A DNA stretch of 43,772 nucleotides from a virus. Its lineage: Duplodnaviria; Caudoviricetes. A program made the position numbers and the translations under genes. A model generated the notes under the pieces. That model worked only from the letters and a program-made list of their open reading frames with translations, was not told the DNA's origin and made no database searches. Shown one piece after another: positions 1 to 9,104 of this stretch (its first letter is position 1; every line of letters begins with the position of its first letter). The DNA lies in the IMG/VR virus record IMGVR_UViG_3300024284_000009, positions 1 to 43,772 of that record; one strand, 5' to 3'.

Positions 1-115
1 GTTTCGCCCCTGGGCACTGTTAAGCCCCCCGGTCGCACCGTGTGTGCCTTCAATGATTACGCGTAGTTACGCGTGGCCGGGGCCCCAGTTGCGTTTAGCC
101 CATCCGAGTTGCGGG

Positions 116-463
116 CTAGTTGCCATTAGCGCGTTCGTGTTGCCGCCGCCGCTGGTAGGCAAGCCGCACCCCGCTCACACGCTCACGCATAATCCGGGGT
201 CCCGTCTCCCATCGCATCACAGCGGTTTCGATCACGCGAGCGAAGTCCGTGGAGAGCGGGCGGAGCTCAATCAACGTGTTGAGTATCTCGATGGTGATCG
301 CGAACGCTGAGCGCGAGTCTCCCCAGGGGAGCCCTATCATCGTGCTCGCGATCGCCATGTTCACCACGCACGCCGCCTTACGATACAGCTCCGTCCCTCG
401 GGGGATTTGCTCCTCCATAGCCAGCACCAGGATCGTGAGCGTGGCGGCGTTCACGCGGCTCAC
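116..463 (-). CDS. hypothetical protein
   Basis: ORF 116..484; start moved to GTG 463, which gives a GTGA overlap with the stop of the upstream gene. Confidence 0.55.
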   Translation of the reverse strand: MSRVNAATLTILVLAMEEQIPRGTELYRKAACVVNMAIASTMIGLPWGDSRSAFAITIEILNTLIELRPLSTDFARVIETAVMRWETGPRIMRERVSGVRLAYQRRRQHERANGN

Positions 464-843
464 ACCTCCCCCCTGCCATCCCATCGTGCGTGGCCCCAGG
501 GCTGCGCAGCGATCGCGCGGAACGCCGCCTCACCATCACCCCGCACCATCACCAGCTCTAACCGCGCCTCGCAGCGTTTGGCGAGTTCGGAGGTGGTGGT
601 GTTTATCATCTCAAACAGTTCGCGCTGAGCTTGCTCGGGTGGGACCCCTTTACGGGGGGTGACTCGATACCACGCGCGCTCATCCTCGGAATCAAACAGC
701 CTGCGATCGCGGTGCTCGCGGAACCTGTACTTGACCAGCCATCGCCCCTCACCCTCGCGGAACAGGCAAGCCATGTAATCCTGGGTTCCGAGGTTCACGA
801 ACCAAATGCACTCAACGTAGGTGTTCTCACTCAGATCGATCAC
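460..843 (-). CDS. hypothetical protein
   Basis: 127-aa ORF with normal composition, 4-bp overlap with the upstream gene in a tightly packed minus-strand operon. Confidence 0.7.
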   Translation of the reverse strand: MIDLSENTYVECIWFVNLGTQDYMACLFREGEGRWLVKYRFREHRDRRLFDSEDERAWYRVTPRKGVPPEQAQRELFEMINTTTSELAKRCEARLELVMVRGDGEAAFRAIAAQPWGHARWDGRGEV

Positions 844-1094
844 TTTCCACCTCCCGCCGCAATCACCTCATACACGTCAACTGGTGGTGCGTTGCCCACC
901 ATCACCATAATCGCGCTCCGTGCTGCTACAGCATCCTTAGACAACCCAGCCGCGCCGCTAACACACATGCTTGCCAGTGTGATCAACGTGAGTCGAAACG
1001 TTTCGAGCCCATCATCCCCGCCCGCTGCGAGCATCGCCTCACCCGCAGCGCGGCGGAACAGATCGTACGCTAACTCAATCGGATCCGTGCTCAC
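840..1094 (-). CDS. hypothetical protein
   Basis: 84-aa ORF, GGAGG-like RBS upstream, operon packing. Confidence 0.6.
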   Translation of the reverse strand: MSTDPIELAYDLFRRAAGEAMLAAGGDDGLETFRLTLITLASMCVSGAAGLSKDAVAARSAIMVMVGNAPPVDVYEVIAAGGGK

Positions 1095-1106
1095 GCTCCA
1101 CCTCCC

Positions 1107-1409
1107 TCACCATCGATGATATTCCCGCGCGGGGTCCCCATCCTCACGCCGCCGCCCTGTGATCGGGTTGCGGTGCCACCCGTCAAGCGGATCCCCCGTG
1201 CCGCTCCACGCCGCCGCCGCCTCCATCGCGCGCGCGGGGTCCCGATAGCACCACGCGTCGAGGATCCCGCCCCACTTACCGCGCTCGCTCAAGCACACGC
1301 GCGTGTTGAGCCCCATGGGATACACACAGATCTCATAGTCCTCATTGATCGCACGCCAATAAATCGCTTCAGGGCGCTCCCCTGAGCCCAGTGGTTCACG
1401 TGAGTGCAT
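1107..1409 (-). CDS. hypothetical protein
   Basis: ORF 1107..1505; likely start MHSREP (1409) overlapping the upstream stop; Trp-rich C-terminus (WCY...WSGTGDPLDGWHR). Confidence 0.6.
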   Translation of the reverse strand: MHSREPLGSGERPEAIYWRAINEDYEICVYPMGLNTRVCLSERGKWGGILDAWCYRDPARAMEAAAAWSGTGDPLDGWHRNPITGRRREDGDPAREYHRW

Positions 1410-2049
1410 AGTCCCCCGCTGGATAGCGCCCCACGTCTTGAGCTGCACGCTCCGCGCCCACGCGTTGCACTCCATCGATCTCGCCCAGTGCAGCCGCAGC
1501 CCCAAGCACCAGGTATCGAAGCTTGCCCACGCTGGTCCGGTCTAGGTCCGTTTCAGCCACACGGTGCGGCTCGGGAACGCAGTTAAGCCCATCGTTCCAC
1601 CCATCGCGCATTTGCTCCGCGGTGCGACCGATGAACATGTATTCAACCCTCGCGCCCAGCGCGAAAAACGACCAATAGCCCTCAATGCACAGCACCAACA
1701 CCAGCTTGATGGGATCCGCGTTCCCATCGCGGGTGATTAGCATGATATCCCGCTGGTCCCGAGGGAGCTCAATCACCCACGCTCGCCACGGCTCGATCGG
1801 TTTCCGCTCGGGAGCGCTGCGCGTGAACCTACGCAGCGCGCCCAGCGTGGGGCGCACCAGCGGGACCCCTGAGCGGCACCACGATCCCGCGAGCCCCATC
1901 ATAAGCATCACCGCATCGTCCTCCCGCCTCAGCCGCCCAGGGTTTACGCGAAGTCCGCTATCAAGCGTAATCCCCTCGATGTGAGCCGCATTAGCCCCCG
2001 CGTGGAGCGCTAGGTGTGCGAGCGTGCTCAAGGACCATTGTGCTTGCAT
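1396..2049 (-). CDS. hypothetical protein
   Basis: ORF 1396..2130; likely start MQAQWS (2049) with GGAGG upstream. Confidence 0.6.
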   Translation of the reverse strand: MQAQWSLSTLAHLALHAGANAAHIEGITLDSGLRVNPGRLRREDDAVMLMMGLAGSWCRSGVPLVRPTLGALRRFTRSAPERKPIEPWRAWVIELPRDQRDIMLITRDGNADPIKLVLVLCIEGYWSFFALGARVEYMFIGRTAEQMRDGWNDGLNCVPEPHRVAETDLDRTSVGKLRYLVLGAAAALGEIDGVQRVGAERAAQDVGRYPAGDYALT

Positions 2050-2420
2050 GGGCCCGCCTCCATCGTGCCCGCCGCCGCCGCTCGAAGCTCCGCCACCCGT
2101 TCGCGCTGAGCCTCCGTGGTGAAACCCCACGTCGCGCGCAGCGTTTGCCCCAGCGCCCCATCAAGCATCACAGCCCCCTGGGGGTGACGCTTAGCAATCG
2201 CTAGACACATCGCGTATGCGCTTCCTAGCAACGTCTGCGCGTGCTCCGTTGCCGAGTGCAGGATCCCCAGGTGGATCGCTCCATCCATGGTCTCGCGGAG
2301 CCTGCTCAAGCCTGTTTCTGTGAGCGCTCCATCCTCGATCGCGTGGCCCTCCATATGCACCGCCGCGTACATTGATCTGGCCCAGCGCGCCGCCACCGTT
2401 TGATCCGTTTCCTCACCCAT
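2028..2420 (-). CDS. hypothetical protein
   Basis: ORF 2028..2429; likely start MGEETD; operon packing. Confidence 0.6.
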   Translation of the reverse strand: MGEETDQTVAARWARSMYAAVHMEGHAIEDGALTETGLSRLRETMDGAIHLGILHSATEHAQTLLGSAYAMCLAIAKRHPQGAVMLDGALGQTLRATWGFTTEAQRERVAELRAAAAGTMEAGPCKHNGP

Positions 2421-2895
2421 CGCTCGCACCCTCCTTAGACCAGCACACCACAGCCGAATGGCGAGGCTCAGGGACGTACGTCAAACGGTCCCACCCCTCG
2501 CGAGGGATCTCCCTCAGTGCCGCGGCCATTTGCGTCCGCACGCGGGACCAGTTGACGCCACTCGCGAGTCTCCCGCGTTTGAGATCTCTCGCTCTACACT
2601 CGCCCCACTGAGTTGTAAACACCACAATCTCAGCACGCGCGCGGAACTCGATAGCGATTTTCCACCACCCCATGCGCTCGCTGGATGAAAGCGCGCAGAC
2701 ATCTAGCAGCACGGATTGACCCCGTGACAGCTGCTCCCGCACGCGCCCCCGCATTGCCTGAAACAGCACCGCGGGGTTGACGATGCGCTGTGTTCGGTAC
2801 TCATCCGCGGACACCGTGAACACGTGCGGCTGCTCCGCCGCCCACGTGCTTTTGCCAGCCCCCGGAAACCCGCATGTGAGAATGAGCTTAGACAC
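2413..2895 (-). CDS. AAA_33-like P-loop kinase (polynucleotide-kinase-like domain)
   Basis: LILTCGFPGAGKSTWA Walker A, VSADEYR, SVLLD, lid ECRARDLKR. Confidence 0.8.
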   Translation of the reverse strand: MSKLILTCGFPGAGKSTWAAEQPHVFTVSADEYRTQRIVNPAVLFQAMRGRVREQLSRGQSVLLDVCALSSSERMGWWKIAIEFRARAEIVVFTTQWGECRARDLKRGRLASGVNWSRVRTQMAAALREIPREGWDRLTYVPEPRHSAVVCWSKEGASDG

Positions 2896-3040
2896 GTTTG
2901 CACGCTCCCGCGGTGTCTAGCAGTGCAGCCACCACTAACACCATCAAACCAGGCCATACCGATCCACACGCCCACGACTCGATCGCCGCCCACGTGAGCA
3001 CTGCGAGCCGCGCGAAACCGCTAAACGGTCGCAGCCCCAT
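2888..3040 (-). CDS. small hydrophobic protein (50 aa, not in ORF track)
   Basis: Read by hand: MGLRPFSGFARLAVLTWAAIESWACGSVWPGLMVLVVAALLDTAGACKRV; TGATG overlap with the upstream stop; fills the operon gap exactly. Confidence 0.55.
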   Translation of the reverse strand: MGLRPFSGFARLAVLTWAAIESWACGSVWPGLMVLVVAALLDTAGACKRV

Positions 3041-3237
3041 CACACGTAGCCCCAGCGGCGAGCGAGTTCCTCAATGCGCTCCCGCACCTCGGGGGGCGCG
3101 GCTGCGTAACCAAACTCAATCCGCCGCAGCGCGCGCTCATCGATCTCTACCAGCACCGCGATGGTTCCCCGCGTGATGCCTGGGCGCGTGAAACGCAGCC
3201 ACCGCAACCAGTCCGCCACGTCCCCCGCCTCGCCCAT
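3040..3237 (-). CDS. small HTH (XRE-like) protein
   Basis: LRWLRFTRPGITRGTIAVLVEIDERALRRIEFG resembles an XRE HTH; start MGEAGD. Confidence 0.6.
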   Translation of the reverse strand: MGEAGDVADWLRWLRFTRPGITRGTIAVLVEIDERALRRIEFGYAAAPPEVRERIEELARRWGYV

Positions 3238-3247
3238 CACGACCCCC

Positions 3248-3736
3248 TCACAGGGGCGCGTGAGTCCCCCATCGCGAGATACAGATCGCCGCAGCCTCAT
3301 CCGCTCCGAGCACCACCCCGCGCTGCACCTCGCCCTGGGCGGTGGCCATCTCTAGAGCACGCCACCCCGCACGCCTCATCCCCTTGCGATGTCCAAACAG
3401 ATCCGCACGCCACCGCGAGGGGTAAACCGCGTGAGTTCTACTAACACGCTGTTCTCTACATACCATCATCCATCGCTCACGCGCGGCGGCGAGCCCCTCC
3501 ACCGTGCGCATCGGGCCCCCGTATGCGCGCTCTAATATGACAGTCAGGGGAGCGCTCACGGAGCGCGCTCGATCGGCTGCATCGAGCACGATCGCGGTGA
3601 CCAAATCGGGACGCAACGTGTCCACTTCCCCGCTCCATATGAGCCGTCCTCGAATGCGGAGTGCGTAACCGCTGATCCGGGCTGTATCTGTACCTAGAAC
3701 GGCAACATTGAAGGCTTGTAGGGGTTTTCTGGACAC
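3248..3736 (-). CDS. RuvC-like Holliday junction resolvase
   Basis: RNase H-fold pattern VLGTDT..SGYA, VILER, VYPSRWR, DEAAAICI; sits downstream of the replication gene. Confidence 0.7.
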   Translation of the reverse strand: MSRKPLQAFNVAVLGTDTARISGYALRIRGRLIWSGEVDTLRPDLVTAIVLDAADRARSVSAPLTVILERAYGGPMRTVEGLAAARERWMMVCREQRVSRTHAVYPSRWRADLFGHRKGMRRAGWRALEMATAQGEVQRGVVLGADEAAAICISRWGTHAPL

Positions 3737-3751
3737 GTGTTTCCAATGTTT

Positions 3752-4333
3752 CTAAACCTGAGATGAGGTGGCTATACGTACGATGACCAGCCCCCAGCTT
3801 GCGCAGACCGCCCCCACTGAGGGCTGAGCTATGACCACCGGGGTGTGTGCATAGCCCGCACATAGCCACTCTCGGGTGAGGGACAGGTGGGGTAGTGAGC
3901 GTTTACGTCCCAGCATCGCCCACAGATACGCACTGGATGCGACATCTAGACACGTCCCCAGGGTGAGCACTGTCCATTCATCACGTCCCAGTACCAGGGC
4001 GCGGCGGCGGCGGGCGGCGGCGTACATGTCCGCATCCCAGGCCACCCAAACGGGGGGCGCGGTGGGCGCGGCGGCGGCGGCGAGCCCCAGGGCCCAGGGC
4101 TCGGGGAGCGACCCCGCTAAGTCCGCTCGGAGGGCTCGGAGCTCCACCAGGGCGGCTGGGGTGGCGGGCTGGGAGTTATCGGGCCCCTGGGGGGCGGCGG
4201 CGGGCGGCGGCGGGGCGGCGGCGGGGCGGCGGACCACGGGGGGCGGGTGAGGCATCCCGAGCCGGACGTTGAGGGGCTTGGGGCGGGCGGCTGTGGCTAA
4301 CACAGGGGGTGCTTTGTCCTTATTTGAGGTCAA
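3752..4333 (-). CDS. hypothetical protein with Pro/Ala-rich N-terminus
   Basis: 193-aa ORF between the origin and the resolvase; start uncertain. Confidence 0.5.
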   Translation of the reverse strand: MTSNKDKAPPVLATAARPKPLNVRLGMPHPPPVVRRPAAAPPPPAAAPQGPDNSQPATPAALVELRALRADLAGSLPEPWALGLAAAAAPTAPPVWVAWDADMYAAARRRRALVLGRDEWTVLTLGTCLDVASSAYLWAMLGRKRSLPHLSLTREWLCAGYAHTPVVIAQPSVGAVCASWGLVIVRIATSSQV

Positions 4334-4334
4334 A

Positions 4335-4625
4335 CTGTCCCACCTGTCCCACTTTCAAAATCTGACAGTCAGACGATGGGGACAGTTGATTACTGAGTGA
4401 TTCCGTATACATACCTTCTATCTGTCCCACTGCCCCAACTGTCCCCACGATTTAGAGAGCTTTAAGGAAATACGTCCCCAAATGGGAACACATAAGAAAT
4501 CACTTTAAGCGCTCTCTAGTGGGAGAGCCTGGGGACAGGAGGCATTTCGCCCCATTTTGGGGTCTAAGTGCTTGGAAGGATTGACTTCCTATCTGTCCCC
4601 ATCGTGTTTTTCGCGAGTGGGACAG
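4335..4625. repeat. putative replication origin with CTGTCCC(C)A iterons
   Basis: Copies at 4335, 4344, 4422, 4439, 4593 (+) and 4377, 4530, 4617 (-), variants at 4430 and 4473; AT-richer non-coding gap directly after the primase-helicase. Confidence 0.75.
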
Positions 4626-4642
4626 ATAAACGGGATCTCCGA

Positions 4643-7132
4643 TCACTCGCCCTCCCAGTCCGACACCAGCCCACGCCAAGCCACGTAGTGACTCCGTCCC
4701 ACCCCAGCCTCCGATCGCTTGACGGTGAACCTTTGCCGCCCCTCCTCGGGTTGCACCTCGATCAAACCCGCCGCCGCCCACCCCTTGAGCACGCTCGCGA
4801 GCACTCGATTGTGATGTTTGAACAGCCGCGCGATCTCAGTGCGCAGGAACAGTGTCTCAACCACTTGCTCCCCATCGAACACCAGCACCCCATACCTCAC
4901 GTGTGACCAGCTCCCAGCACGCACGCGGAACGCCCCCCTAGTCATCACATCCGCGCGGGGGAACGCGAGCGGGTTTGCACTCACCCAGTCCCCGAGCACC
5001 CGCCGCATGTAATCCCCTGAGCTCACCACCTCCGCCCGATCGATCCCATCCTCGCCGCCCATCAGCGGGAGCTGCTCAAAACCCCAGTTTGCGTGGAGCA
5101 ACTGGGCCACCAGGTGGAACAGCGCGGACTGAGCGGCGAGCCTCCCGCTGAGCTTTCCCTCATCTAGGTTGAGCTGGGACAACCTCACGCGGAGGTGGTG
5201 CCAATCCTCGGGGCTGAGCCCCACCAGCTGGGTGAGCCATTGATGACCAAACGAGCCCGCGTGATCTCGACACCGCCCCACCAGCCCATCGATCGCGCTC
5301 CGCTGATTGTCGAGCGACCCCCACCCGTCCACCTCAATGTTGACCACGCGAGCCTGAGCCCCGGTGGCGAGTGACTCATCCCCGAGCGGAACCTCCCCCG
5401 AGCTGAGCACCCCCGTACGCCACCTGTGCACCTTGCGCGCGCTCGAATCGCGATTGAGGCGGATCTTTCCCTCGCCGTTTACCAGCGAGTAGATCAATCG
5501 CTGCACTGTTTCGAGGGTGCTTACACCTAGCTCGTCGTAAATCAGGGGGAGATCGCACAAGAGTTGAGCGCGGATCTCCGCAGCATTCGCGGTGGTGTTC
5601 CAGCTCCCCACCCACGCCCCCGCCCACGGATCCCCGTACACGGAAGCCACCACGCGGAGCATCGTGGTTTTGCCGCGCGATGAGTCCCCGCACAAATGCA
5701 GCGCGAAATTGGCCGCCCCGAGCCGTTCCAGCATCGGGACCGCGAGCGCTCCACAGATCAAGATCCTCACCACCGGGCTCGCCGCCCACGCCTCCCTCAA
5801 CGCGGCGAGGTGCTCCTCCAAGTCCCCGCGGGGCGTGAGCGCTCGCACCACTTCGCCCAGGTCCCCGCCCACGGTGAGCTCTCCCGGTGCGACCCCGATC
5901 CCCTGGTGCGACACGAAGATCGAGCCATGCCACCCGCACCGCGTGGCGAGTTTCCGAGGGCTGAGCGCTACCTCATTCGCCAGCTCAAACGCTCCGAACC
6001 ACTCCACCGCCGCGCGGCTGTTGTGGCTGGTGATGGGAGCCCCGAGCGAGCCCAGCGAGCCCACGATCGCGCGCTGGTCCACCAGCATCCGCCGCGGGAT
6101 GGTGTGGCTCACCCAGCCCCGCTGGTTGCGATAGGCCACCTCCGCCCAGTGCTCTCCGCTCGCGATGTCCTCATATCTCCCGCGGATGAACAGCACGCGG
6201 GCTAACGCCTCCTGTACGCGCTTGGGCCCATGCACCATCAAGGCCCCCGTCTCGCTGAGCTCATAGCCCTGGGGGAGCGCGAGCCCATCGAGCCCCGACG
6301 CACCCGTCAAGTAAGGATGCGTGTTGAGCGGGCTCGCCCCGCGCTCGCTGGGGTCCCGTGGATCGAGCGGATAAGCCTCGATCGCCAGCAACGTGTGCAG
6401 CTCCGCCGCCCCGCGCGCTGCGAGATAGTCATCGATCCCCTTACCCTCAAACGTATCCGGGGGACACACAAAGGCCACGCTCGCCGCGCCCAGGGCGATG
6501 AGCACCCCCGCGAGTTTGCGCGCGGCGTTCATCACACCCGCGTTCGCGCGCGCATCGCGATCGAACACGATCACATGGGCTCGCCCCTCGATCGGTACAT
6601 GGCGAAGGATCCGCGGGTTGAGCCCGAACGCGCTGGTGCTGCGGCGGAGCTCAGGATCCACCCAGTTCCACACCCCCGTGAGCCCGATGGTGAGGTACCC
6701 CTCCTGATCGAGGGCTAACGCCTTTTTCTCCCCCTCGCACCAGTACAGGGTGGCGGTGGGGTCGAGCGAATAGCCCCGCACCCGTGAGGACGGTGGGAAG
6801 TACACCAGGATCCCCACGTCCGCGGGCTGGTCATACTTGACGGGCTTGGGCGGATCCTTTTGGGTGGCGAGCCGCGGGTGGTCGGGGCGGAGGCGATAGC
6901 CATACGGCTCCACCACCCCAGGCTCGCAAAACGGAAACACGATGCACGCCCCGTGCGGGAGCGCGTAATCCCTCCGCAGCAAGCGGCAAATCTCATCGCG
7001 GGCTGTGATGGTGTACAGCCCCGCGCTCGCGAGCGTATTAGCAGTGAGCCCCGAGGTAGCGAGGTGGGCGCTATGCTCGGGGCTCAGTGGGCGTATGGGG
7101 TGGGGGCTGAGCGGCTGGGGAGGCTCGCCCAT
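4643..7132 (-). CDS. primase-helicase (DUF3854 Toprim-like + DUF927 + P-loop helicase)
   Basis: YWCEGEKKALAL, GLTGVWNW, IVFDRD, KGIDDYL (Toprim); GDSSRGKTT Walker A, LIYDE Walker B, NGEGKIR, LSSGE. Confidence 0.88.
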   Translation of the reverse strand: MGEPPQPLSPHPIRPLSPEHSAHLATSGLTANTLASAGLYTITARDEICRLLRRDYALPHGACIVFPFCEPGVVEPYGYRLRPDHPRLATQKDPPKPVKYDQPADVGILVYFPPSSRVRGYSLDPTATLYWCEGEKKALALDQEGYLTIGLTGVWNWVDPELRRSTSAFGLNPRILRHVPIEGRAHVIVFDRDARANAGVMNAARKLAGVLIALGAASVAFVCPPDTFEGKGIDDYLAARGAAELHTLLAIEAYPLDPRDPSERGASPLNTHPYLTGASGLDGLALPQGYELSETGALMVHGPKRVQEALARVLFIRGRYEDIASGEHWAEVAYRNQRGWVSHTIPRRMLVDQRAIVGSLGSLGAPITSHNSRAAVEWFGAFELANEVALSPRKLATRCGWHGSIFVSHQGIGVAPGELTVGGDLGEVVRALTPRGDLEEHLAALREAWAASPVVRILICGALAVPMLERLGAANFALHLCGDSSRGKTTMLRVVASVYGDPWAGAWVGSWNTTANAAEIRAQLLCDLPLIYDELGVSTLETVQRLIYSLVNGEGKIRLNRDSSARKVHRWRTGVLSSGEVPLGDESLATGAQARVVNIEVDGWGSLDNQRSAIDGLVGRCRDHAGSFGHQWLTQLVGLSPEDWHHLRVRLSQLNLDEGKLSGRLAAQSALFHLVAQLLHANWGFEQLPLMGGEDGIDRAEVVSSGDYMRRVLGDWVSANPLAFPRADVMTRGAFRVRAGSWSHVRYGVLVFDGEQVVETLFLRTEIARLFKHHNRVLASVLKGWAAAGLIEVQPEEGRQRFTVKRSEAGVGRSHYVAWRGLVSDWEGE

Positions 7133-7135
7133 CGG

Positions 7136-7579
7136 TTACTGGCTCGCGTGTTCGTGGTGGAGCGGTGGGCGAGCGCGGCGACCACCGCGGCGAGGTGCGG
7201 GGGCTGGTGGGGGCGCGGGAGCGGGCTCCTCATCTCCGTCAAACGTCAAATCCACCTGAGTTTCATCGGCGGTGAGTGGGCGTTGTTCGATCACCTCACC
7301 CGTGTCCTCGCGGATGCAGTGCGTGGTCCCCGCCGCATAATCAGCCTCCCAGTGGCACTGGACGGGGCGTGTTTCGCGCTGCGTGTCGAGCACGTGGGCG
7401 AGTTTGTTCCGTTGCTCGCGGAGCGCGGCGATCTGTCCGTTGAGCCCCTTGCGTTGCATTTGGAGCTGTTCGATCTCCAACTCCGCCGCGCTCATCGCCT
7501 CGCCCCGCTGCACCTTTTCCGGGTCGCTCAGTAGGCATTCGAGCGTGCGGGTTTCTGACACCACCGCGGCGGGGCTCAC
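7136..7579 (-). CDS. hypothetical protein (coiled coil + small beta domain)
   Basis: 147-aa ORF, GTGA overlap upstream; CIREDTGEVIEQRPLT motif. Confidence 0.7.
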   Translation of the reverse strand: MSPAAVVSETRTLECLLSDPEKVQRGEAMSAAELEIEQLQMQRKGLNGQIAALREQRNKLAHVLDTQRETRPVQCHWEADYAAGTTHCIREDTGEVIEQRPLTADETQVDLTFDGDEEPAPAPPPAPAPRRGGRRARPPLHHEHASQ

Positions 7580-8016
7580 ACCTCACCTCGCTGGGCCACC
7601 GCGGAGGGGCTCGGGGGTGGGGGCGCGGGTTTGCGCCCATTGCGTTTGGGGGTGGCCACCGCCGCGGGTGCGGGGGGCGGCGGCGGGGGTGGTGCAGCAA
7701 CGCGAGCGCGCGGGGCTGCGGCGGGGGGTGGCGGTGGGGGCGCGGTGCGCGGAGCACGCTGAGCGCGCTGGGTGCGAGGGGCGCGGACTTTGCCGGGGGG
7801 ATCGCCGCAGACTGTTTCGAGATCCACCAGCCCCCCGGTTTGCGCAACGATGATTTTGCCGATGCGATAACTCGCGCTCGCGCGGCGGTGAGCGATCGCG
7901 CGGAGCCGTTCGTAGGAGATCCCCCAGTGCTCAGCGCATTGCATGAGACTGGTGGGAACGCGTACCCCGTTCACCGTCGACCACCCGTGTTCACGTATCC
8001 AGGTCAATAGGTCCAT
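7576..8016 (-). CDS. Cro-like HTH protein with Pro-rich tail
   Basis: LMQCAEHWGISYERLRAIAHRR...IVAQTGGLVDL; divergent from the XRE repressor; start moved to ATG 8016 (ORF track start 8232 would overlap cI). Confidence 0.65.
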   Translation of the reverse strand: MDLLTWIREHGWSTVNGVRVPTSLMQCAEHWGISYERLRAIAHRRASASYRIGKIIVAQTGGLVDLETVCGDPPGKVRAPRTQRAQRAPRTAPPPPPPAAAPRARVAAPPPPPPPAPAAVATPKRNGRKPAPPPPSPSAVAQRGEV

Positions 8017-8023
8017 AGGGGAG

Positions 8024-8055
8024 AGTATGTAGAGATCTCCATAGCGAGATGTCAA
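8024..8055 (-). promoter_or_regulatory. cro promoter overlapped by operator TATGTAG-AGAT-CTCCATA (8026-8043)
   Basis: TTGACA at 8055-8050, CATACT at 8029-8024 ending 7 nt before the ATG (spacing atypically long); 18-bp palindrome shared with three other promoters. Confidence 0.6.
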
Positions 8056-8139
8056 CCAAATGGGCGGCGGTGTCATGACGCTCACCGCCACAAAATCACC
8101 TATGGACTCAGGGGCTAGGATCCTAGTATCTAGCCCCCC

Positions 8140-8757
8140 ATGGCCAGTAAGGGAACCGCGAACGATACCCCGCTGAGCGAGTGGATAAAGCAGCCGACCC
8201 TTAACTTGCGAATGCGCGCGCTCTACCAGCACCGCGGTTACACGCGCGCGGACATGGCTCGGATGCTCGATGTGGATTACTCACTCGTTCACGCGTGGGA
8301 TAAGGGACGCTGGGTGATCTCGCTAACGGAGGTGACTCGCGTGGCGCAACTCCTCAAGGTGAGTTTGGATGAGCTGGTGCTTGGAGAGCCGCGCCCCTCC
8401 ACCGCTCGGAGAGATCTCACATCCGTCCGCGAGATCCTCGATGAGCTCCGCGCGAGCCCCGATGTCCGCGCGGCGTTCGGTGAGTACCTGGTGAGCGAGA
8501 TGGGGATCTTACAAAACCCCGATCGGGAATACGTGGCCACTTGGGTGGAGGGCTACAGCGCGGCGATCGCGGAGGGAGCACCCCGTGAGCGCGCATCGCA
8601 GCGCGCCCACGGCCACGCGATCAACGCTTTCGCACTGCGCGGAGCAGTCGAGCACCGGGAGGAACTTGCAGCGGCTGTAGAGCTCCCCCGTAAACGCAAG
8701 CGACCACAACGCCCGCGCCGCAAACTTCCGACCACGAAGTCACCCCCGACAGAGTGA
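8140..8757 (+). CDS. CI-like XRE-family repressor
   Basis: MRALYQHRGYTRADMARMLDVDYSLVHAWDKGRWVISLTEVTRVAQLLKVSLDELV is an XRE HTH; no S24 peptidase domain evident. Confidence 0.82.
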   Translation: MASKGTANDTPLSEWIKQPTLNLRMRALYQHRGYTRADMARMLDVDYSLVHAWDKGRWVISLTEVTRVAQLLKVSLDELVLGEPRPSTARRDLTSVREILDELRASPDVRAAFGEYLVSEMGILQNPDREYVATWVEGYSAAIAEGAPRERASQRAHGHAINAFALRGAVEHREELAAAVELPRKRKRPQRPRRKLPTTKSPPTE

Positions 8758-9076
8758 CCAGCCTCCGCTCAAGCGCGAGATCGGTGAGCCGTGGCGTGAT
8801 TGACGTGCGGTGGTGATAGCTAAGAGCGGTCAGAACGATCGCCGTCCGCTGCACCTCACGTGGCTGAGTTGCGTCATACCATAGCGCGTGATCGTTAGGT
8901 CTCATGAGAATCACACCTGTGCTGGGGTGTAATCTCAGACCGACTGTTACGGCCACTTGTAATGCACCCTGCATTAGCTCTCCCCGTCCACCCCGCGTGG
9001 TCGCACACTATCGCCCCGAGTGTGGCCACCTGCAACGGTACGTACACACCCACATCACGATTGTGCTTGCTCCATG

Positions 9077-9094
9077 TATGGAGAAAACTCTATA
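9077..9094. promoter_or_regulatory. operator TATGGAG-AAAA-CTCTATA at the recombination operon promoter
   Basis: Near-perfect 7-4-7 palindrome between TTGCTC (9067) and ATG 9105. Confidence 0.7.
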
Positions 9095-9104
9095 CGTGTT
9101 TTCT

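Noticed and set aside
7576-8232. 218-aa version of the Cro-like ORF
   Set aside because: It would overlap the repressor gene and run through the promoter/operator; ATG 8016 fits the -10 box
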